Below the pieces are notes generated by a model. The model was not told the origin of the DNA. It searched no databases and saw only the letters and a list, made by a program, of their open reading frames with translations. This document shows, one piece after another, positions 56,978-64,000 of a stretch of 64,000 nucleotides of DNA (position 1 is its first letter; each line of letters opens with the position of its first letter). The position numbers and the translations under genes are program-made. Source of the DNA: Candidatus Limnocylindria bacterium (GTDB lineage Bacteria; Chloroflexota; Limnocylindria; P2-11E); assembly GCA_036523395.1 (NCBI GenBank), contig DATDEH010000021.1, positions 2,175 through 66,174 on the forward strand, in the 5' to 3' direction.

Positions 56978-57706
56978 CTAGCGAGCGGTAGCGGCGGCGA
57001 TCGCGTCGCGCAGTGAGAAGCGGCCGAGATAGAGAGCACGGCCCACGATGATGCCGCGCAGCCCGCGGTGGCGGAGTTTTGCGACGGCGCGGATGTCGTC
57101 GAGTGAGCCCACGCCGCCTGAGTAGATGACATCCCCGCCGAACGCGCGTGCGACGGCTTCGAGGCCCGCGACGTCCGGCCCCTGCAGCGTCCCGTCGACC
57201 GAGACGTTCGTGTACACGACCGACGGCACGCCGGTGATGGCGAGCTTCTGCATGAGGTCGACGGCACGGACGTCGCTCGTCTCCGTCCAGCCCGCCGTCA
57301 TCACCATCCCATTGCGGGCATCAACGGCGACGGCCATGCCGTCCGCATGGCGATCGACCAGGCGACCGATGAGTTCAGGATCCTCGATGGCGGCGGTCCC
57401 GACGATGATCCGTGACGCGCCCGCCTCGGCGAACCGCTCGGCGGTATCGAAATCGCGGATGCCACCGCCGGCCTGGATCTTCACCGTGAAGCGATTCGCG
57501 ATCTGCCGGATCGCGTCGAGATTGGCGGGTTCGCCGGTCCGGGCGCCGTCGATGTCGACGATGTGCAGCCACTCGGCGCTTTCGTTCACCAGGCGCTTCG
57601 CGGCCTCGAGCGGTGAGGGCGCGACCTCCTCGACCGTCGAGAAGTCGCCGCGGGTCATGCGCACGACCTTGCCGCCGTAGATGTCGATCGCGGGGTAGAC
57701 GATCAC
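56978..57706 (-). CDS. hisA: HisA/PriA isomerase
   Basis: YPAIDIYGGKVVR, LHIVDIDGA, GGGIRD, DGTLQGPD, YSGGVGS. Confidence 0.92.
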   Translation of the reverse strand: MIVYPAIDIYGGKVVRMTRGDFSTVEEVAPSPLEAAKRLVNESAEWLHIVDIDGARTGEPANLDAIRQIANRFTVKIQAGGGIRDFDTAERFAEAGASRIIVGTAAIEDPELIGRLVDRHADGMAVAVDARNGMVMTAGWTETSDVRAVDLMQKLAITGVPSVVYTNVSVDGTLQGPDVAGLEAVARAFGGDVIYSGGVGSLDDIRAVAKLRHRGLRGIIVGRALYLGRFSLRDAIAAATAR

Positions 57707-58026
57707 GGCGCGATGGTACGGGCGGCACGGATCGCGTGGCGCAGCAACTCCAGCGCGCGCTCGACATCCGCCGCACGGCGCACGCGCACGAGGATCCAGT
57801 CGTAGCCCGGGCCTCGCAGGTCGATCCGAGCGTCGCTCCGGAGCTCGTCGCGCAGAACGCGGACGAGGGTGCGTGTCAGCCGGACATCGACGTCGCCGTT
57901 GTGGCAATGCGCGACCTCTGTCTTTCCCAGCCAGAGGGCCTCGCCATGCTTGCGGAACTTCGACTTTCGCACCGTGATCCCCCGGAGGCGCGCGCCGCGG
58001 GCCATGAAGTCGTCAAGGACGGTCAC
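57703..58026 (-). CDS. DUF5519 / luciferase-like small domain protein
   Basis: EVAHCH...DVRLT...WILV...DVERALELL; GTGA overlaps on both sides. Confidence 0.65.
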   Translation of the reverse strand: MTVLDDFMARGARLRGITVRKSKFRKHGEALWLGKTEVAHCHNGDVDVRLTRTLVRVLRDELRSDARIDLRGPGYDWILVRVRRAADVERALELLRHAIRAARTIAP

Positions 58027-58904
58027 GCTTTGAGCACGTCGACGACCCGGCGCATCGATGCCTGGACGCCGTAGCGCTGCGCGAGCGCAGCGATGTGCAT
58101 CGGCTCGGGCGGGGCTTTCGGGATCGAGCCGTCGCCGCTGACCTCGATCGCACAGTCGAGCACCGGCCCGACGACGGTGCGAGCCGCGACGACGTAGTCC
58201 TTGGATGCGTTCAGCTTCGCGCGGATCGTCGCGGAGAGATCCTTGGCCGCTAGGATCGCGTCGAGCGAGCCGTACTTCGCCAGCAGCTGCGACGCGGTCT
58301 TCTCGCCGATGCCTCGCACGCCCGGGAGCCCGTCCGAAGGATCGCCGCGCAGGATCGCGTAGTCGAGATAGCGGTCGCCCGGGATGCCGTATTTCGCGTG
58401 GACCCACGCCTGATCCACCGCCGCGAGCTCGGTGACGCCTTTCACGGTGAACAGGACGCGGATGCGCGGGTCGCGCACCAGCGTGTACAGGTCACGGTCG
58501 CCGCTGACGATCTCGATCGGTCCCTCGATCTTCGTCGTCAGTGTCGCGATCACGTCCTCGGCCTCGCACTCGGTCGCATTCGCGATCGAGATACCGAGCT
58601 CACGGAGCAGCTCCGCGATGATGAGGATCTGGGGTCCGACCTCGTCGGGCGGCTCGTCGCCGGTCGCGACACGCGCGCTCTTGTATTCCGGCAGCAAGGC
58701 CACGCGGAACTGCGGCCGCCAGTCCTCGCCGAATTCGAACGCGACGTACATCCGCTCCGGCTTGCGATCGTGGAGCAGTCGCTCGATGAAGTTGAGGAAG
58801 CCCACGATCGCGTTGACGAGCGTCCCGTCCGGCGCTCGAACCTCCGGCATCGCGTGGTAGGCGCGGTACGCGAGGCTGGACGCGTCGATGAGAAGCGTCG
58901 CTAT
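58023..58904 (-). CDS. Stand-alone 5'-3' exonuclease / flap endonuclease
   Basis: LLIDASSL, EAEDVIAT, SGDRDL, LRGDPSDGLPGVRGIGEKTA; no polymerase domain; probable ATA start. Confidence 0.9.
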   Translation of the reverse strand: MATLLIDASSLAYRAYHAMPEVRAPDGTLVNAIVGFLNFIERLLHDRKPERMYVAFEFGEDWRPQFRVALLPEYKSARVATGDEPPDEVGPQILIIAELLRELGISIANATECEAEDVIATLTTKIEGPIEIVSGDRDLYTLVRDPRIRVLFTVKGVTELAAVDQAWVHAKYGIPGDRYLDYAILRGDPSDGLPGVRGIGEKTASQLLAKYGSLDAILAAKDLSATIRAKLNASKDYVVAARTVVGPVLDCAIEVSGDGSIPKAPPEPMHIAALAQRYGVQASMRRVVDVLKA

Positions 58905-59980
58905 GCGGGCGCCGCCGCAAACACGTGATGGAGGGCCGCGATGAACCGGTCGTTCTCCGCCGGCGTTCCGATCGAGACTCGCAGGCAGCCGGCACAGCCG
59001 GGCCACATCGAGATGTCGCGGACGAGGACGCTCTGTTCGAGGAAACGCGTGTGCACCGCTGCGGGAGTCTCGTCCTTCATGCGGAAGAGGATGAAGTTCG
59101 TCACCGACGGGTAGGCCTCGATCGCGCGGATCTTCCTCAGAGCCGCGAACACGCGCGCACGCTCACGGTGGCACAGCTCCACGCGCCGCGCGATGGAGGC
59201 GTCGTCCTTCGCGATCTTCGCCGCGACCGCGTGCGTCAGCGAGCTCACGTTGTACGGGAGCTGCACTGCGCGGAACAGCTCGGCCACGGCCGGATGCGTC
59301 ACGAGGATGCCGACGCGGAGGCCGGCGGCGGCCCGGACCTTCGAGAACGTCTTGCTGATGACCATGTTCGGATGCGCCGCGAGCTCTGGAAGCAGCGTCG
59401 TGCCGGCGAAGTCGCTGTACGCCTCATCGACGAGGACGAGCGTCTCCGGATGCGCTTCAGCCACCGCGAGGATCGCGTCGAACGGCACCGCGTTGCCCGT
59501 CGGGTTGTTCGGGGTCGTGAACACGATGATGTCGGCGCGCGCCGTTGCTGCCGCCGCGACCGCGCGATCCCGCGTGATCTCGTACGGGAGACCGATGATC
59601 TCGTCGACGACCGACCCGCCGGCGATGATCGTGAGCCGCCCGTGCATCGAATAGGTCGGCTGGAACAACAGCGTCTTGCGACCGTGTCCGCCGAACACGA
59701 GGAACGTGTTGAGCAGGACCTCGTTGCTGCCGTTGCCGAGCACGAGCTGGTCGGGCTCGACGTGGTAACGCTCCGCGAGCAGCCCGCGCAGATCGACGGC
59801 CGATGTCGGATAGCGGTTGAGAAGGACGGCGTCGAGCTCGGCCGGGGTCAGCCAGTCGCCGGCTGGATTGGGCTCGGCCCATTCGTTGGCGTTGAGCCGC
59901 ACGTCGGCCTTCTGCTGTCCGGTGCGGTACGCCGGGAACGCGGACAGATCGGCTCGCGGCTTCGGAAGGCGTGGGGTCAT
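58901..59980 (-). CDS. hisC: Histidinol-phosphate aminotransferase
   Basis: RLNANE, NRYP, GNGSNE, PNNPTG, DEAY, KTFSK. Confidence 0.9.
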   Translation of the reverse strand: MTPRLPKPRADLSAFPAYRTGQQKADVRLNANEWAEPNPAGDWLTPAELDAVLLNRYPTSAVDLRGLLAERYHVEPDQLVLGNGSNEVLLNTFLVFGGHGRKTLLFQPTYSMHGRLTIIAGGSVVDEIIGLPYEITRDRAVAAAATARADIIVFTTPNNPTGNAVPFDAILAVAEAHPETLVLVDEAYSDFAGTTLLPELAAHPNMVISKTFSKVRAAAGLRVGILVTHPAVAELFRAVQLPYNVSSLTHAVAAKIAKDDASIARRVELCHRERARVFAALRKIRAIEAYPSVTNFILFRMKDETPAAVHTRFLEQSVLVRDISMWPGCAGCLRVSIGTPAENDRFIAALHHVFAAAPA

Positions 59981-60104
59981 GCGCATAGGGTACGGTGCTT
60001 GCCGTCTTGTCGCGTGTGGATGACGGTCACTGCCCGATCTGATGGAAGAAGAAAGCGGCTAGTTCGAGCCGCGTCCGGTAAACTCGCTAGCAGCAGGACC
60101 CCTC

Positions 60105-60176
60105 TGGGGAGTGGCCAAGCGGTAAGGCAGCTGATTCTGGATCAGCCAATCAGAGGTTCGAATCCTCTCTCCCCAA
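60105..60176 (+). tRNA. tRNA-Gln (CTG)
   Basis: U1-A72 acceptor TGGGGAG/CTCCCCA; anticodon arm GCTGA-TTCTGGA-TCAGC; T-loop TTCGAAT; CCA not encoded. Confidence 0.95.
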
Positions 60177-60300
60177 CAGATCCGAAGAAATTCGACCGAT
60201 CCGCCGAGCCGCGCGAGCGTCAAACGACCTGATCGGAATCAGGTGATCGGTGTCCCACGCTCAGGACGATTAGCTGACTCCCGTGAAGTTCATCTGATTC

Positions 60301-60525
60301 CCTGACCACGCTGACTGGCAATCACTGCCAAGAACGTTTCGCGGCGTGGCGATTCGTGCACACAGCGCCTATCTCGACATGCCAGTGCTGGTGATCGCCA
60401 CTGAACCAAAGCTTCCTGAGTCGATTCGAGACGACGCAACGCGGCTGCGCCGGAAGCCGTTCGATCTCGAACACTTCGTGGACCACGTAAGGGATGCCGC
60501 TGGGCCGAGCCGTTTTCGGAGCTAG
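60301..60525 (+). pseudogene. Remnant of a response-regulator receiver domain
   Basis: MPVLVIAT...RRKPFDLEHFVDHVR matches the C-terminal half of a REC domain; upstream frames contain stops. Confidence 0.5.
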
Positions 60526-60686
60526 ATCTCGTTCGAGTCAGTCGCGTCACCGGCTGTGTTAAGGGCGCTCAAGACTCATAGGTATGGACTAACGTGTCTG
60601 ACGTCACGACTTATCTTCGACGGCGTGCGCTCGATAGCCTCGACAGCCCAGCAGGGAATACTCGGGCGGCTCCTACCCGCGTGACT

Positions 60687-61061
60687 TCACGTGGTGACGG
60701 CCGCGGTTCCCGGCTGTAGCTGATCGAAGACGGACGCTGCCTCTTCGATGATTGTTCCCGAGAGATCACTCGACAGCATGTAGCGCACGATCTTTCCATC
60801 GCGCTTCGCAATGATTGCACCGTGCTCGCGCAGGACTCGCAGATGTTGGCTCGTGGCGGTGCGGTTGCGACCGATGACGTTCGCGAGATCGCTGGCCGCG
60901 AGCGTCGTGTCTCGCAGCGCGCGCACGATCTTGATGCGTGCCGGGTCGCAGAGCGCATCGAGGAGAGCACGCATCCGCTTCTCGTTGCGCGGGGTCAGCA
61001 TTTGCCGTTCAGCCGTCTTTACGGCAGTCGGATCGATGGGACGGGGAATGTCTGTCGGCAT
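60687..61061 (-). CDS. ArsR/SmtB family transcriptional regulator
   Basis: ALCDPARIKIVRAL, NRTATSQHLRVLR. Confidence 0.88.
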   Translation of the reverse strand: MPTDIPRPIDPTAVKTAERQMLTPRNEKRMRALLDALCDPARIKIVRALRDTTLAASDLANVIGRNRTATSQHLRVLREHGAIIAKRDGKIVRYMLSSDLSGTIIEEAASVFDQLQPGTAAVTT

Positions 61062-61177
61062 GAAGGCCTTTCCAGTTCGCCCAGGCAGTTGCGTTTGCTG
61101 CGGTAACCATGCATCCGCGGGTCGCCAATCGCATTACCAATCCGTCATGGGTTCTTGTCGCATGGTGAGTCGAGGGA

Positions 61178-61540
61178 CTAGGTGCCGTTCAGTCTCGCGG
61201 TCGTCCCTAAACGACCTTCTGCGGGTGAGGTCTTCATCTCATAACCGATTCCCACGACGGTTTCGATGTAATGCGGGCGATCGGGGTCGTCCCTGAGCTT
61301 ACGGCGGAGGGTGCTCACGTGGCGCGCGATCCTGTTGCTGTGGACCTCCGCTGCGACGAGACCAAGGGCGGCTCCCAGCTCGCGGTAGGTGACGACCTCG
61401 CCCGCGCGGGACACGAGCATGTACAGAATGACGTGCTCGGTCGGTGAAAGCCGTACCTCACGTGCGCCCAACTGAACACGTTGTCGGAGCGCGTCGACCT
61501 CAAGATCGGCGACCGCCAGAGGCGCAACGGGACGTACCAT
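61178..61540 (-). CDS. Stand-alone OmpR-type winged-helix DNA-binding domain
   Basis: LSPTEHVIL, GEVVTYREL, HVSTLRRKLRDDP..PHYIETVVGIGY; no receiver domain. Confidence 0.82.
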   Translation of the reverse strand: MVRPVAPLAVADLEVDALRQRVQLGAREVRLSPTEHVILYMLVSRAGEVVTYRELGAALGLVAAEVHSNRIARHVSTLRRKLRDDPDRPHYIETVVGIGYEMKTSPAEGRLGTTARLNGT

Positions 61541-61826
61541 TTCTCTTCGGTTGCGTGGCAACGTAACTATTGTCGCGTTCGGCGTGCAAGGAGTGCATGA
61601 CCAAAGCGTCACCCCATGCTCGGACTACACGGTTCTGAGTTGGTCAAGCATTCATTGGCTGCGGTAGTCCGATGGCAGCGCAGCGCCGAAAGTACAACGT
61701 AGCCCTCGATTCGCGCGTGTGTGCCGCGGAAGACAAGGCGCCCAACTGATGAAGGATCGTCCCCTGCGGTTTGAGAAGGGCTCACGGCTGAGCCCCGCTA
61801 CAAGGGCGAGTATGGGCGATCGAGTC

Positions 61827-61853
61827 TGTCGAAAAGACCGCTTGTCATTCGAT
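61827..61853 (+). promoter_or_regulatory. Candidate ECF42-type autoregulatory promoter
   Basis: TGTCGA-N17-CGAT upstream of the YciI-sigma operon. Confidence 0.4.
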
Positions 61854-61920
61854 GTATGGATGAGGCTCAGGGAGCCTGAGCCAAAGCGATGCGGACCGCG
61901 TCCAAGGTGAGGAGACAGAG

Positions 61921-62274
61921 ATGCGTGTTTTGATTCTGGCAAAGGAAGGCGAGCCGAGCGATACGGCGACGCCGCGGCCCCCGACGCCGGAGGCTATGGC
62001 GGAGTACCAGAAGTTCAACGAAGAGCTGGTCAAGGCGGGCGTGGTCGTCGGTGCTGGCCGCCTCTCCCCGAGCTCGCAGGGCAAGCGCGTTCGGTTCGAC
62101 GGCAAGAAGCGCACCGTCATCGACGGGCCGTTCGCGGAGTCTAAAGAGCTGGTCGCCGGGTACTGGCTGTGGGACGTGCGGTCGATCGACGAGGCCCTCG
62201 AGTGGCTCAAGCGAGCACCCTACGACGGTGGGACCTTCGAGATCCGCGAAGTCTCGATGCACGAGGGCGCGTGA
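61921..62274 (+). CDS. YciI/DGPF family protein
   Basis: IDGPFAESKELVAGYW; GAGGAG RBS. Confidence 0.92.
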   Translation: MRVLILAKEGEPSDTATPRPPTPEAMAEYQKFNEELVKAGVVVGAGRLSPSSQGKRVRFDGKKRTVIDGPFAESKELVAGYWLWDVRSIDEALEWLKRAPYDGGTFEIREVSMHEGA

Positions 62275-62308
62275 GGGAGCTTTCGCTATAGGTCAGCGCG
62301 AGGGAGAC

Positions 62309-63610
62309 GTGCCCGGGGGCACCGGGCCTGCCGAGACGCTACCAACGGACGCGCATCGTGCGATCGAAGCGATCTGGCGGATCGAGTCGGCCCGGCTCGT
62401 CGCCGGGCTGGCTCGCCTCGTAGGCGACATCGGGACCGCTGAGGAGCTCGCACAGGACGCCCTGGTTGCCGCGCTCGAGCAATGGCCCATTAGAGGCGTG
62501 CCTGAGAAGCCGGGGGCCTGGCTGATGGCGACTGCGAAGCATCATGCGACCGACCTGATCCGGCGGCGCAAGACGCTCGCGCGCAAACACGAAGAGCTCG
62601 GACGCATTGTCGAACGAGATCAGCGGGGCGAGGATTTCGACACGGCGATCGAAGAGCAGTTCGGGGACGACCTGCTCGGCCTCATCTTCATGGCCTGCCA
62701 TCCGGTGCTTTCTAAAGGCGCTCGCGTCGCACTCACCCTGCGCGTGCTCGGCGGGCTGACGACTGAGGAGATCGCGCGAGGGTTCCTCGTCCCGGTTCCG
62801 AGCATCGCCCAGCGCATCGTCCGGGCGAAGCGGACTCTCACCGAAGCACACGTCAGATTCGAGATCCCCGATGGGCCCGAGCGCGTGGCGCGCCTCGCTT
62901 CAGTCCTCGAGGTGATCTACCTGATCTTCAATGAGGGGTACGCCGCGACCGCGGGCGAGGATTGGGTGCGACCAGCCCTGTGCGAAGAAGCGATCCGTTT
63001 GGGCCGCATCTTGGCCGAGCTCGCCCCCACGGAACCGGAGGTCCACGGGCTCGTCGGGCTCATGGAGATCCACGCGTCGCGTCTGCATGCTCGCGTCGGA
63101 CCGTCCGGGGAGCCCGTCCTCCTGCTTGATCAAGATCGGACGCGCTGGGACCATCTGCTCATCCGCCGCGGTCTGGCCGCACTCGAGCGCGCCGAGGGGC
63201 TCGGAGGTGGCATGGGCCCGTACGCCCTGCAGGCCGCGATCGCCGCCTGCCACGCGCGAGCAGCGACTGCGGCCGAGACCGACTGGCCGCGCATCGTGGC
63301 GCTCTACGACGCGGTCGCGCAGCTTGCATCGTCGCCGGTCGTCGAGCTGAACCGCGCGGTCGCTGTCGGTATGGCGTTCGGTCCCGCTGCCGGGCTCGAC
63401 CTTGTGGATGCGCTCGTGCCTGAGCCCTCGCTCAAGACGTACTACTTGCTGCCGGCCGTGCGCGGCGACCTCCTAAGGAAGCTCGGCCGATTCGAAGAGG
63501 CGCGCGCCGAGTTCGAGCGCGCCGCGTCGTTGACGGAGAACACGCGGGAGCGCGAACTCCTGCAGCGACGAGCCGCGGAGTGCGCGGCGCGCGGGATCAT
63601 GGAGGGCTAG
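62309..63610 (+). CDS. ECF sigma factor with long C-terminal TPR-like extension (ECF42-like)
   Basis: AEELAQDAL, GAWLMATA, LIFMACHPVL, LIFNEGY, YALQAAIAACH, SPVVELNRAVA. Confidence 0.9.
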   Translation: MPGGTGPAETLPTDAHRAIEAIWRIESARLVAGLARLVGDIGTAEELAQDALVAALEQWPIRGVPEKPGAWLMATAKHHATDLIRRRKTLARKHEELGRIVERDQRGEDFDTAIEEQFGDDLLGLIFMACHPVLSKGARVALTLRVLGGLTTEEIARGFLVPVPSIAQRIVRAKRTLTEAHVRFEIPDGPERVARLASVLEVIYLIFNEGYAATAGEDWVRPALCEEAIRLGRILAELAPTEPEVHGLVGLMEIHASRLHARVGPSGEPVLLLDQDRTRWDHLLIRRGLAALERAEGLGGGMGPYALQAAIAACHARAATAAETDWPRIVALYDAVAQLASSPVVELNRAVAVGMAFGPAAGLDLVDALVPEPSLKTYYLLPAVRGDLLRKLGRFEEARAEFERAASLTENTRERELLQRRAAECAARGIMEG

Positions 63611-63705
63611 ACGAGTGCGCGAACTCGATCGACAGGCGTGCCGCTGAACGACGTGCTCCTGACGCTCGTCATCGCGCAGCGTCGCTTTGTCGAGCGGCTC
63701 GACCG

Positions 63706-64000
63706 TTATCGCCAGAGCGTGACGATCGCCGCCATCACCAGCTGAACAATCAGGTTGTGCGCGTTGTTCAGTAGCCACAGGCCCCAGGGCTTCTTCTCGA
63801 ACGAGATCTGCGCCGCGGTGAGCGTGGCCATGAATCCCAGCCAGACCAAAATGCCGAGCATCACGGCATCGGTGATGGTCTTCCCGCCGAGGTTCAGTGC
63901 GAGCAGCGCGAGCACCCAGGCGTTGACAACAGACGCGACCACACCCACCACGATGCCCATCGCGCCCGGCTGGCCGAGCTGCGCCTGCGTGGTGCCCAGA
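63706..64000 (-). CDS. DUF1761 family membrane protein (5' end outside window)
   Basis: WLGF...FEKKPWGLWLLNNAHNL pattern. Confidence 0.78.
   Translation of the reverse strand, partial: LGTTQAQLGQPGAMGIVVGVVASVVNAWVLALLALNLGGKTITDAVMLGILVWLGFMATLTAAQISFEKKPWGLWLLNNAHNLIVQLVMAAIVTLWR

Noticed and set aside
29728-61540. Identical MVRPV N-termini of the lone REC and the lone winged-helix as halves of one split gene
   Set aside because: Nucleotide sequences differ at several codons and similarity stops after five residues; likely coincidence.
1-64000. CRISPR array, rRNA, toxin-antitoxin or defence-system genes
   Set aside because: No regularly spaced repeats, rRNA signatures or recognisable defence motifs seen by eye.

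Overview
High-GC bacterial chromosomal segment with about 65 protein-coding genes or remnants and 3 tRNAs: Glu-CTC, Gly-TCC and Gln-CTG. I saw no rRNA, CRISPR array, integrase or transposase. The gene content (F420-type LLM oxidoreductases, LigC/PolDom, ECF42-type sigma, many leaderless-looking genes) fits a Chloroflexota- or Actinomycetota-like organism; this is inference only. Housekeeping and metabolic genes include acs with an MHS transporter, HU, a livKHMGF operon, a DEAD-box helicase, lepB, csaA, gltX, hisA, hisC, a 5'-3' exonuclease and several ABC/MFS/MMPL transporters. Six features stand out. (1) A single 659-aa ORF fuses a Mer-like LLM oxidoreductase to a MenA/UbiA-type prenyltransferase; it abuts gltX and is followed by a CPBP (CAAX-type) protease. 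(2) Inside that locus, on the opposite strand, a leader peptide and terminator/antiterminator precede a small Cys-rich gene. (3) A similar attenuator lies in front of the DEAD-box helicase. (4) A Tat-exported DUF1800/DUF1501 pair is followed by a Pro-rich anchored protein and a ferric-reductase-like membrane protein. (5) An XRE-like protein is paired with an ImmA/IrrE-like protein lacking the catalytic Glu. (6) The tRNA-Gly has C33 instead of the near-invariant U33. All family calls come from motif recognition by eye, not database searches. Start codons were often re-picked from the ORF track and are approximate.
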